From Heptranchias perlo (lineage: Eukaryota): a stretch of DNA of 64,000 nt. The DNA is taken from NCBI RefSeq assembly GCF_035084215.1, contig NC_090339.1, positions 54,188,001-54,252,000 of the forward strand. Reading direction: 5' to 3'. Below the pieces are notes generated by a model. It made no database searches and was not told where the DNA came from. It saw only the letters and a program-made list of their open reading frames with translations. The position numbers were made by a program, and so were the translations under genes. This document shows positions 1-11,029 of this stretch, piece after piece (within the stretch, counting starts at the first letter, position 1; each line of letters opens with the position of its first letter).

Positions 1-1052
1 ATAAAGTATCAATTTTTAAAATTTCCCCAATTAACTGAATCTCAAATTCAATCTTTTGATAGAAATGCAAAAATCTACAGACTATGTTATTTCTAGTTGA
101 GGCAGTTAATGAAAGTGGATATGAAAACAAACATTAAATAACCAACAATACAAAAACCAGAGAACAAAATGCACTAATGTAATTCACCCAGTTTAATTTG
201 TTTCAGGTGATCTGCTACCAGGCCTTTGCCACTGCTATCCTGTATTGAGAGCTGTCTACTCTCCCACCCCAGTCTTCTTTTCCCCCTGTGGAGAAGGGAG
301 TATCTTTACTTGCCCAGCCAAGATCAAGAATTCAGCACATAAGGAAAATGCAAACTGGTGCCCTACAATTCAGTGGCACAATACTTCAGTTGCAAAAAGT
401 TGTGTCAGAATCAGCTAACTCCTAGCATAATTGTGCGAGAAATTAATGAAAAGCACATAGTCTATTTGTAGCCAACTGGTACCAGTCAGTGTGAAGTAGC
501 AATACGCAACCAGACTGTTGGGTTATACTGTCAAATCAGTCGAATCAAAGCTCCAGAGGTCATGCCAAAGCTGTAGAGTGCCCTGGGGTCAAACTGCACC
601 ATACTGAGTACAGATCTGGTTGCTGCAACATACACAGCACAGTAACAAAACTTAGCCCTGGTGAGAGAGGAAAAAGCTATAAGGAATTATTTGATAAGCT
701 GCAGCAACCTCTTCAGCCTAGAAAAGAGATTGCAGAAAGGACTTTTTAGAAGCACGATAATGGTATAGTAAACCCAAAACAGCAGATACATTTTTTAAAA
801 ACTGAGTTAAAGAAGCCTAATTCGTGACAGTTACTGCTAGTTTCAGAAACAGGCAGTTTATATATTCACTCGGGCGCACTCCTTTCTTCTCCAGGGCTTC
901 CCCCAATTACAAGCAGTGAAGGTACAAAGTACATATTCCTGAAACTTACTCTAAGATTTTTCTGGCTCCCCCCTACATGCCAATTACAAGGGCACTGCTG
1001 CTTGACGTACAGGTTATGAATGTTATGAAAACAGTGGCCCATGTTACGAGCA

Positions 1053-1843
1053 TCAGCCTCGGCTCAGTGATAGCACTCTCGCCTCTGCATCAGAAGATTG
1101 AGTTGAGCACAAAATCCAGGCTGACACTCCAGTACAGCACTGAGGGAGTGCTGCACTATCAGAGGTGCTGTCTTTCAGATCAAATAATCATACAGCACAG
1201 AAGGAGGCCCACCTGCCTGTGCCAGCTCTTTGAAAGAGCTATCCAATTAATCCCACTTCCCTACTCTTTCCCCATAGCCCTGCAAATTTCTCCTTATCAA
1301 GTATATAGCCAATTCCATTTTGAAAATTACTACTGAATCTGTTTCCACCACCCTTTCAGGCAGTGCATTACAGATCATAACTCACGTGCAAAAAGAAATC
1401 TAATTTCCCCCCTGGATTTTTTTGCCATTTATCTTAAATCTGTGCCCTCTCAGGTGGACGTACAAGATTCCATGGCATGATTTCAAAGAGCAGAGGAGCT
1501 GTCCCCGGTATCCTGGCCAATATTTATCCCTCAACCAACATCAGTAAACCAGATCAAAAACAAAATACTGTGGATACTGGAAATCTTCCAGTTCCGACAA
1601 AAGGTCTTCCACCTGAAATGTTAACTCTGTTTCTTTCTCCACAGCTGCTGCCTGACTAGCTGAGCTTCTCCAGCATTTTCTGTTTTTACTGCAGTAAAAC
1701 CAGATGATGTGTGTGTGATCTTGCTGTGCACAAATTGGCTGCCGCGTTTCCTACATTTACAACACACCAAAAGGACTTCATTGGCTGCAAAGCGCTTTGG
1801 GACGTCCCGAGGCCGTGAAAGGCGCGATATAAATGCAAGTTCT
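1053..1843 (+). mobile_element. DeuSINE copy interrupted by a CR1 3' fragment (~1187-1440) and a Penelope-derived insert
   Basis: Colinear with 7001-7458 once the two inserts are removed. Confidence 0.8.
1555..1691 (+). mobile_element. Penelope-derived short repeat with a degenerate minimal hammerhead, inserted in a SINE
   Basis: TSD cagtaaa(a)ccagat; core gttCCGACAAaaggt-cttcc-acctGAAAtgttaac; same family at ~29545-29650 and 40907-40979. Confidence 0.6.
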
Positions 1844-1954
1844 TTGGACTATCCAGCGACTGCCAGTGGTGAGCTGGTGCGGTCACAAGGCGACCCGAAG
1901 CGGCTGCACTCGGACTGACGGCCTACAACACGTAGCTCCGGCCCGACTACTTGC

Positions 1955-2056
1955 CTTGCCACCGTTCGTCCATCTGTGAACGTAGATAGTGGAGAGACCA
2001 GGGATCGTAAGACACACGGCCATGATGCTGAGCCCGGGGAGGATTTCGTACCACAT
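1955..2056 (-). CDS. NDUFA1: NADH:ubiquinone oxidoreductase subunit A1 (MWFE), coding exon 1; later exons not found in the window, presumably left of position 1
   Basis: ATG at 2056 gives [34 protein letters not shown], matching the human N-terminus [34 protein letters not shown]; 102 nt, followed by the donor AG|GCAAGT. Confidence 0.95.
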
Positions 2057-2443
2057 CCCTAATTCGACGAGAGCAGGACCGACTCCCGTCCGGACTGACC
2101 TTCTCTCCGCAACGCCGAGCATGCGCGGAAAGGCGCCCAAGCGCGAGGTGTACGCGTGCGCGGCCGTTCGCGCGCTTATCCCGTTGCAAACCCTGATCTC
2201 TCTCTCGCTCGCTCGCTCGCGCGCGCGCGCGCGACGGGGGAACGCGCCGGTTCAAATCTCGCGGCAACTTGCCAACATTGATCCCGCCCTCCGCCCGCGC
2301 ATCTACCAATCAGAAGAGGAGGTGGGTGTGAGTGACGTGACAGGGAGGTTTGGTTGAGGGGGAGGGAGGAAAAAAAGGCTCAGGTTTTAACTTGAAGTTG
2401 GAGTGAGTGGGAAAAGAGAGGCCTGTGTGGAGGGTGCGTCGTC
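2057..2443. promoter_or_regulatory. Bidirectional CpG-island promoter and 5'UTRs shared by NDUFA1 and UPF3B
   Basis: CpG-dense interval between two divergent ATGs; NRF1-like GCATGCGC (~2119) and ACGCGTGCGC (~2152), (CG)8 at 2218-2233, TCTCGCG (~2257), CCAAT (~2306), CRE-like TGACGTGA (~2333). Confidence 0.85.
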
Positions 2444-2554
2444 ATGAAGGAAGACAAGGAGAATACCAAACCCAAGGAGAAGAAAGTGGAGATTAAGTGT
2501 GAGGAGAGGGCAGAGAGACCCGAGAAAAAGGAGAAGAAAGAGGCCTTAACCAAG
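2444..2554 (+). CDS. UPF3B: UPF3B (NMD factor) exon 1
   Basis: MKEDKENTKPKEKKVEIK...KEKKEALTK, 111 nt, donor AAG|GTTTGT; joins in frame to VVIRRLPP. Confidence 0.93.
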
Positions 2555-3393
2555 GTTTGTGAAGCAACAGGCCTGAATCGAGTAGAGCCAGGTTCAGGAT
2601 GCAATGTCTACCTAAATGGCTGGGTTTTTATATACACGTTCTTGTTAATAGTTCCATGTTGCGCTTTGTAGGTTAAAACCATGTCTTCTATAGAAGTTAT
2701 GATGCTGTCAGTGTAAATGTACAAATCCAAGGTAGCTGGGCTGTTTTCTGGAAGATCCTGGTTTCTTACAACAGTCCTATTTGTTTTTGTATGTACATAA
2801 TTCTAATAAATGCTTTTTCTTTTTGGTAAGTGATTCATGTGAGAAATGCACTTTTAGCTATGACTGCGACAACAATAATAAAAGCCTGATAGAGCTGAAT
2901 TAATTAATGTATACACTTGTGGCTGAGTCATTCTGGAGTTTAATCTGTGCCTCCACTAATGATCAGCACTCCAACTGCTTCAGATTTGCCTTCGTTAGTT
3001 TTCCTGATATCAGCACTCACTGTTTAAACTGAAAGCAAATTTTTAAAGAAATATTTGTAATGTTTAAATGACCCTGATGGTAAGACTGCACCTTTTTAAT
3101 AGACGTGTTCAGTGTTACTAGGGGTTTTCTTTAATAGTAATTTACTGAATATCCTCTTACTGCAGTAGGACCATAAAACATCTGTTGCAAAACTATAACA
3201 ATTGGATTGTTCTTATTTTTCAGTATTTGGATGTTCAAAGATTGAGTGGCACATTGGATCTGAGCCATCTGTTCCTGAACTTAAAGCTATTTTAAAATAG
3301 CTTTAACATTAAGATGTGGTAACATTAAGATGTGCATTGTATATTTTTTTAAAGAAGTAGCTGATAGAATATTTTAACTGCCTTTACAATCAG

Positions 3394-3500
3394 GTGGTGA
3401 TCCGCCGTTTGCCTCCCAGTCTGACAAAAGAACAGTTAGAAGAGCAACTTGCCCCGTTACCTGAGCATGATTACTTTGAGTTTTTTTCTACCAATTCAAG
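3394..3500 (+). CDS. UPF3B: UPF3B exon 2 (RRM-like domain)
   Basis: cag|GTG; VVIRRLPPSLTKEQLEEQLAPLPEHDYFEFFSTNS; 107 nt; donor GTAAGT. Confidence 0.96.
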
Positions 3501-4873
3501 GTAAGTAAGTTACCGTTACAGAATTGTATCAATCTTTTTTGTTTGTGTAAATCATGACGTCCACATTATCAACTGCATTAAAAATCAGAGGGGGTGGCCT
3601 TTGTTTCCCTTAACCTCTATTTGTATTGATGGACCCACCCTCCTGTGGTATTAGTCAAGTACAAATCCTGTGGTGCTACATTCATGATGTTGTCAGTTGA
3701 TGACATCTTAGAACCCCATTGAGACACACTTGAGTTTGATTTGCACATATGCACTGAAACAATTCTAAGTTCACATTGATCGTAAGCCTGACAGGCTGCA
3801 GAACATTTTGGGTGCACACCGATACAAAACTGGCAGCATAACTCTTAAATCAGATCCCAATCTGACTCTGGAATGCAATAAACCCTTCATGTTGCTGTCT
3901 CATACAACCTGTGCTTGGTACCATGTGAAGTATAGTCTGTTGAACCTAACAGTACACTTTAATAAGACTATACATTAAGTTGGTGCTCCCACCCACTGTA
4001 ATAGTAAAAAGTAGTGCTGAGGAACATGCGTAACATACATAAACACACATGCACAGAGTTATCTCCTGGCAGACCGAGTACGATTTGCACACCGGCTGAG
4101 CTTGGGCACTGCTGGCTGCACTTCACACTCTATATCTACTGGTCTCAGACCAATAGAGCAGCATATTTGCAGTCACAGGTATGAACAAAGATCTCATCTG
4201 ATTAAATTGATACATTCAGAGTCATACTGTGCTCAAAAAAAAGTGTAGCACAGTGATGTGAGTGGGCAATGTTTCAAACTGATTGTTGAACCCAGTGCTG
4301 ACTGAGAATGACACTTATTTTGATGTACTGCTGTCCTGGTGGCAGCACTTCCTCACTTTTTTTGCAGTAGTGCGCTGAACATAAGTACAGAACTTGACCA
4401 TAATCAACCTGATTTTGTCGAGAACCATTTCTGAATTTAAACTTTATGAAATGATAGATAACAAGATAATGCTCAAAAGTGGGTTTTTTGTGAGTATTCC
4501 TTATTTCATGGTGATGTAACATGTCAGTTTGGTTGACCTATTGGGGAAATTCCAACTGTGGAGTTTTAATTTTTTTTTACACTTGTCAATTGAAATTGTT
4601 GCTGTTACAAATTTCAGCCGTTGTTGAGTTTAACCCTAAAATTATGTTTCAGTTTGGATCTTTTATGTTGGGTCTTAATTCAATTTCTGAACCACAATAA
4701 ATGTGTAAAACTTTATCTGCCTATAATGAGGGGAGCTTTCTGTTGTACAGATTGCTAACACCATAACTATTGACTGTAAACTTTGTAATGTAGAGTATTT
4801 TCTGTAAAACAATGTAGGTTTATTGTACCTTTTCAAACTATTTCTTAAGTAAAATCTCTGTTTTTCCCTACAG

Positions 4874-4980
4874 TTTATTTCCTCACATATTTTCTAGAGC
4901 ATATATCAACTTTAAAAACCAAGAGGACATTGTCCTCTTCAGGGATCAATTTGATGGCTATGTTTTCATTGATAACAAAG
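4874..4980 (+). CDS. UPF3B: UPF3B exon 3
   Basis: LFPHIFSRAYINFKNQEDIVLFRDQFDGYVFIDNK; 107 nt; AG/GT flanks; phases consistent. Confidence 0.96.
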
Positions 4981-5870
4981 GTATGGTATTTTTAAACTCT
5001 ATGTCTGTGTATTGTCGATAGCTCCTGGTTTGCTTTCCTCAATTGGCATCCATTAGTTCTTTGTCCTCATGCATCCATTTTCGAATATTGATGTTGAGAT
5101 TTCTCTATGTAGTATAACCTAGTAGTGATCGCATTTTGATGCTATGCTTTTAAAGCATCCTATTACTATGAAATGTTTTTCTTTGCGTGATTGCCTTAAA
5201 GAGCCAAAATACATTTTATTAAAAAGATTGGTGCTCTGGGTGTTGCAGTTGTGAACAACTGGTATGAGAAAATGTTAAGTAAAACTGTTTAATTTTTCCA
5301 GTTACTTGTACTGATCAGTCTAGATTTATTTTGCTTTTACTGTACTTCCACCAGTAGATGTGGAACACATCAGAGAATGGAGTCGCACACCGAATAGGCA
5401 GATATCTGTCCTGGCAGACACAAAAGTTGATTTAATTTTTAAAAAGGAATCCTTTAAGTGATTTAATACCATAAAGGATGTTTTACTGTTAGCGTTCCAT
5501 GACTGGATTTATTTCACATGTGAAAGGAACTTGCTTCCTGTGGTGCAGATGTTAGTGAGTATTACTTCACTCGGGGGTTGGGGGGGGAACAACACCCCAG
5601 CTGGTGCAATATACTACATGTACCTTAATTTTTCAATGTATCGTTATTTATTATTTAAAATGACTGCATAGTCTGTCTAATGGATCTAAAAAAAACCTTA
5701 ACTTTTTTTTGGACAGACTGAGCTTGTCTCCATCCTACTTTTTTATGAATTTAAGATGAGGGAAAATATTTTGGTAGAAGAAAGTTTACTTGGGTCCATT
5801 CTTAATTGTTAAGAATCCTTTTATTTGTTCCCCCCCCTGTTTGTCTTTTTTTCTCTCTCCCTGCCAATAG

Positions 5871-5969
5871 GTCAGGAGTACCCTGCTATTGTAGAATTTG
5901 CCCCATTTCAGAAAATTCCAAAAAAGAAGAGCAAGAAAAAAGATGCAAAAGCGGGAGCTATTGAAGATG
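5871..5969 (+). CDS. UPF3B: UPF3B exon 4
   Basis: GQEYPAIVEFAPFQKIPKKKSKKKDAKAGAIED; 99 nt; strong polypyrimidine tract. Confidence 0.96.
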
Positions 5970-7000
5970 GTACGGAGCATATACATTTTAGTGATGGTAT
6001 GGATTACCTACATTATTTTAACAATGTAAATGTTTTGTTGTAAGCTGTTGTTGTCTTGTCCCTATTCTGTTCCATTTTGTTTCTGCCTTCATGTCCTTCA
6101 GCTAGGCGGATTGGGTGCTCTGGGCTGTAAGCTACTCCTTGGTTGTCACTACTGTTCTGTCACCTCATACGAGATGTGTTTAATATATTGGGTTTCCTGT
6201 GTCCAGTCCCCTTGACGGAGGGCTCTTATCCTGCAGCTTGGCAAAGATATGGCTACCTTGTTAGGTTAAAAGCTGGATCCCAAGTCATGCCTGTTCTTTC
6301 AATCTGTCACTAAACTCGTTTTTGCTGAGCTAACTTTAATTCCATTAGTTTAGAGAAATGCTGGGGTTTTAGATGGGAAGTAACTACAGCATGATTCATA
6401 TTTGAGGGGGGGGGTGGTTTTAGTGAAATGTTTAAAATGCTATAATTTTTGTTAATCACATGCTTTTCTGTTTAATCTGCAGCGTAATGGGCTCAAGATC
6501 TATTTTTAAACCAAATGACCTAGAATGCACCGTTACTTTGTTTCTTAATGCAGATGATGCTGGTTCACGTCCCAGAGCTCTGTGACGCTTTAACATGCCA
6601 ACTTTAGTTGTCATGAGTTTATTTTTTTCTTTAGCTAGACCACTTGACAACATGCCTTGTATTAATGGAAGATGGGTGTTTCAGGTCTCCTAGTACAACA
6701 CGGGGCATCCTGTAGCTGCTCCAGGATCAGTATTGCTGGTAGTTGGAGAGAAGTCTATCATCTGGGCTGACCTCCTCTTAGCTGAAGGAAACTGCATGAA
6801 AAGCATGGCTATATATTTTTTGTGTGCTTGGGGAAGGCCAAGTGCCAGTTGTTGGGATTCTAGTCTCCTAGTGAGGAGTTGGAGCTCTGTGTTATGCTGA
6901 CTGCTGTTGAAGTTTATTGCATTTGTACCAATTGTATGGGGGGTGGGGGGATGATTCCCTCTGCGCTATATTAGTGAAATTGTTAACATTTTTAAATAGT

Positions 7001-7458
7001 GTCAGCTGTGGCTGAGTTGATAGCGCTGTTGCCCCTGAGTCAGAAGATTGTGGATTCAAGTCCCGCACCTGGGACTTGAGCACAAAATCTAGGCTGACGC
7101 TCCAGTGCAGTACTGAGGGAGTGCTGCACTGTCGGAGGTGCCATCTTTCGGATGAGATGTTAAACTGAGCCCCGTCTGCCCACTCATGTAGATGTAAAAG
7201 ATCCCATGGCACTATTTCAATAAGCAGGGGAGCTCTCCCCCGTGTCCTGGCCAATATTTATTCCCTCAACCAACATCAGTAAAATAGATTATCTCATCAT
7301 ATGTCTCATTGCTGTTTGTGGGACCTTGCTGTGCGCAAATTGGCTGCCGCATTTTGTATATTACAACTGTGACTACATTTCAAAAGTACTTAATTGGCTG
7401 TAAAGCGCTTTAGAATGTCCTCTGGTCATGAACGGCACTGTATAAATGCAAGTCTTTT
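7001..7458 (+). mobile_element. Full-length tRNA-derived DeuSINE (SacSINE1/AmnSINE1-related)
   Basis: A/B-box-like head (tggctgagttgatag, ggattcaagtcc); core gtcctggccaatatt...ttgctgtgcgcaaattggctgcc; L2-like tail tataaatgcaagtc. Confidence 0.85.
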
Positions 7459-7729
7459 CTCATAAATGGATTTATGACTTCATGACACTAGTGCACAGAG
7501 GAAATTTTTGCCCCGTGTGTCATTTTTATCTGTTTACAGTTTCAGCTGAAAATAAGCATTTCACCATGTTTTAAAATGCAATCTCCATCCTTTTTTAAGA
7601 AAATTTGGGCAGGTTTTCGACTATCCTACCTGGAGAAGTGAGATATATTGTGCAAATTGTTAATGCAAATGTCAAGTGGATTTACAGTGAGTTTTCTAAA
7701 ACTATATTTAATGCAGCTACTCTTGTCCA

Positions 7730-8050
7730 GTTTTCTCCTGTCCCCTCTCCTTCTGAAGGCACTGGCTTCTTGCTGGGGTACGGATATTGATGCCAGCTGG
7801 CTCCTTCCAAGTGGACATTATTCACACATGAGCCTTTAGCGAGAGCTGGAAGACTATTCAACTGTGGGGAGAGGTGGTATGAATCACAAACGAGCTCGTC
7901 CTGTCTCTGGGCAAAAGTGCTTCTAGCAATCATGAGCACAATCGCTAGTTGATCTTCCCCTAGCCTAATTCAGCGGCACTGAGGCCAATTGTAGTGCCCT
8001 AACCGTAGCCCCAGGCTGAGATCAGCTAATTCCGGACAAGCCAGGGATCG
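7730..8050 (-). mobile_element. Old unclassified SINE-like repeat
   Basis: Similar segments at ~23275-23490, 40995-41300 and 45430-45770 (gagttagctga..., gaatagtct..., ccttcagga). Confidence 0.5.
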
Positions 8051-8577
8051 ATGCACAATACTGTCCAAATAAACAAAATCAAAAAAATGTATAAATGAAA
8101 GGGCTAACAACCAAAAATGTTGTTCTTTAGCTGAAACCTGGCATTTTGAATTGTTTGGGATTTTTTAAAAAAAGCATAATAACCACAATTAAACTGATAT
8201 TTAAGGTGGAATGGTGCAGTACCTTGAAGTGTCAATGTGCGGTACATTGTGGTGGGACGCAGGTTCAATCTCTGCTGTTGAGTTTCAGCCTTGCTGCTTT
8301 GGACAGGTGCAGAGGGGAAACTAAGTGCTGTCCCACCGAGATAGGAATTTGGAGTGTAGTTCCTGGACCGCAATTGGGAGTGTTTGTAGTGCCTGATTAT
8401 CAGCAGTAAAGGTTTATGCCACAAATTTCCAGGAAGGGATGTTAGAAGGTAACTTTTTTTTTCAAGAAAGGGGCAGGTTAATTGGATGTAATAACCTTGT
8501 CTAAGTTTTTTTGAGTCTCGATTGTGTTTATTATAGAATAGGTTGCATTTTTTTATTTGTTTTTATTCTTTTACCAG

Positions 8578-8691
8578 ATCCTGAATATAAAAAGTTTTTG
8601 GAGAGTTATAATAATGCGGATGATGAGAAAAATTCAAACAATCCCGAAACACTTCTGGAGGAAATTGAAGCCAAAACAAAAGAGCTGGCAG
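8578..8691 (+). CDS. UPF3B: UPF3B exon 5
   Basis: DPEYKKFLESYNNADDEKNSNNPETLLEEIEAKTKELA; 114 nt; ttaccag| ... |gtaaat. Confidence 0.95.
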
Positions 8692-9788
8692 GTAAATAGG
8701 GCTGTTTTGATGAGTCTCTGCTTACCTGCTGTGACTGTAAAAGTTTGTAGATAAAAATGATGGTTGCAGAATTTAATCCTGTAAATTATAGCAGAATTCA
8801 TTAATTAATCATATGCCCTTTAATCTTGATGTGTAAACCTTTTACTCCATATATTAAACTTTAGTTTGATAATTGTTTCTAAGATTACAAATTTAACAAT
8901 GATCCCTGAAGTAGGGCTACACTGATCGACTTGATTTGTTATCTTTGCTGGTTAAAGTTAACTATCTTGCTTCATGGCTCGTGATGTGTCCTTGATGGGC
9001 TATAGGTGCACGATGGATTACATCAGGCAGGTTAGAATGATAAAAGTTTGGTAATTCTTTAATAAGCAGCAGAAATGCATCCTAGTCATTATCATGCATG
9101 GGTAATCGAGCTTGTCCTTGAGCACCATGTATGCCATTTGAGTTATTTTAAAACACAATTCCCCCTTTTTTGCTTGTGTTTGTTTTTCTGTTCTTGTGTT
9201 GTATTCCTTTTTATCTCTACATATTTGCATGCCCCTGCTGAAATTCAAAACCAGGTACTGTAGTGCAGTTGCCAGTCCAGTACCATAACCACTACAAGGT
9301 TATGAATTCAGATCAATAAATCTGAGAATTTGTGGGCTGGCACCAGAAAAAATGACCTTGAAACAGTTGTTAAAAAGGGAACAAAAAGACAACCCAACTG
9401 GGTTCACTAATTCCCTTCAGAGAAGGGAATCTGCCACACCTACCCAGTCTGGGAGGACCTGTGACCCTAGTCCACACTAAATAGTTGACGCTTGATGCCC
9501 TCTGAAATGTCCTAGCAAGTCACTCAGGGTTGGGTAATAAATGCATTACCCCTAAGAAATTCAGCCTTGATTATGCACCCATGAATAGACCCACCATCTT
9601 TCGTGCATGCTTGCTCATCTACACCAATTCTTTCAATTTATGACCAAATGGACCAGTATTCAAAGTAGCAGTTTGCCTCGGATGCTGGTACATGTTTTCT
9701 CAATGTTATGTTGTAATTTTGGAGGAACTCAAAATCAAAAGTTTTTTGCATTAATGTAAATGGATGACTTTTTTTTCCACTTTAACAG

Positions 9789-9832
9789 CTAAGAAAACCA
9801 CACCCCTTTTGGACTATGTGAAAAATAAACAG
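9789..9832 (+). CDS. UPF3B: UPF3B exon 6
   Basis: AKKTTPLLDYVKNKQ; 44 nt; aacag| ... |gtaatc. Confidence 0.95.
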
Positions 9833-9951
9833 GTAATCACTTTCCTGGTTGTCTTCGATTTTCCACGTTTTGACTTTTTAAAAAATAGTTTTGTGTTTAT
9901 TCAAAATATGTCATTAATTGTCTACTGTATGTCACTATTCTCCCTACTCAG

Positions 9952-10143
9952 AGAATAAGAGAGGAAAAAAGAGAAGAAAGAAGGAAAAGAGAGCTGGAAA
10001 AGAGAAGACTCAGGGAAGAAGAAAGGAGAAAATGGAGAGAGGAAGAAAGGCGGAAAAGAAGAGAAGCAGACAAGCAAAAGAAGATGTTAGAAAAAGGATT
10101 TGATAAAGACAAAGATAGATCAAAGGACGAACCGAAGATAAAG
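9952..10143 (+). CDS. UPF3B: UPF3B exon 7 (charged coiled-coil region)
   Basis: RIREEKREERRKRELEKRRLREEERRKWREEERRKRR...DEPKIK; 192 nt; donor gtacat. Confidence 0.93.
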
Positions 10144-10234
10144 GTACATTAAAGTGTCAATATTCCTACAAAATCATTTTTAATTTAAAAATTTTACAAA
10201 ATGTCTAACAGCAAAATATGATTGTGGATTGTAG

Positions 10235-10389
10235 CTTCTGAAGAAGCCAGATAAAGGGGATGACTCAAGTTTAGAAAAGCCAAAGGAGAAAGTAAAGAAA
10301 CTGGAGAGAGAAAGAGCTAAAGAGGACAGGCCATTCACTGGACAAGGAAAACGCCTGGAGAGTGCTATCAAGGAGGATAAAGGAAAGAA
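10235..10389 (+). CDS. UPF3B: UPF3B exon 8
   Basis: LLKKPDKGDDSSLEKPKEKVKKLERERAKEDRPFTGQGKRLESAIKEDKGK; 155 nt; donor gtgagt. Confidence 0.9.
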
Positions 10390-10604
10390 GTGAGTGAGAA
10401 TAAATTAAACTACATGTATCCTTTCCAATCTTGTTATTCAGTTGCTTGCTTCAATATGCACGTTCTCTCGCCCATGATACTAAATTGGCACTGGAGTGGT
10501 TTGCATGTACACTGCAATCAAGGAGGAAGTTGACAGTATTCATCCGACTGAATTGTGCATTCTGAGCTCATATCGTTCATGAATTTAAGATAATTATAAT
10601 AACT

Positions 10605-10875
10605 AAGATAATTGGCAAAAAAGCCAAGAAGGGAAATGAGAAGAATTTTTTTTTACACAATGAGTTGTTATGATCTGGCATGCACTACCTGAAAAGGTGG
10701 TGGAAGTAGATTCAGTACTAATATTCAAAGGGGAATTGGATATATGCTTGAAAAGGCGAAATTTGAAGGGCTATGGGGAAACAACAGGGGAGTGGGAGTG
10801 ATTGGATAGCTCTTTCAAAGAGTCGGCACAGACACACTGGGCCGAATGGCCTCCTTCTGTGCTCTATGATTCAAT
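10605..10875 (+). mobile_element. CR1 3' end
   Basis: Closely similar to 39230-39510. Confidence 0.8.
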
Positions 10876-11029
10876 GAACCTAGCCCTTGAGAACTGGTTT
10901 CTTGCCTACATAAGTTCAGAAGTGCTGTATTATAAACTCTGGCATGGGTATTTTTCTCCCAGTGTAACATTCCCTAAGTGTAATTTTGAAGATGCCAATT
11001 TGTTCAACAGGCAGCACATATAATGTGTA

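Noticed and set aside
230-300. Possible NDUFA1 exon 2 (acceptor-like cacag followed by GEKK on the - strand)
   Set aside because: Does not encode EKR...MERDRR and soon hits a stop
7001-7075. tRNA-like sequence with A/B boxes
   Set aside because: It is the head of a SINE and runs on into the Deu core; not a tRNA gene
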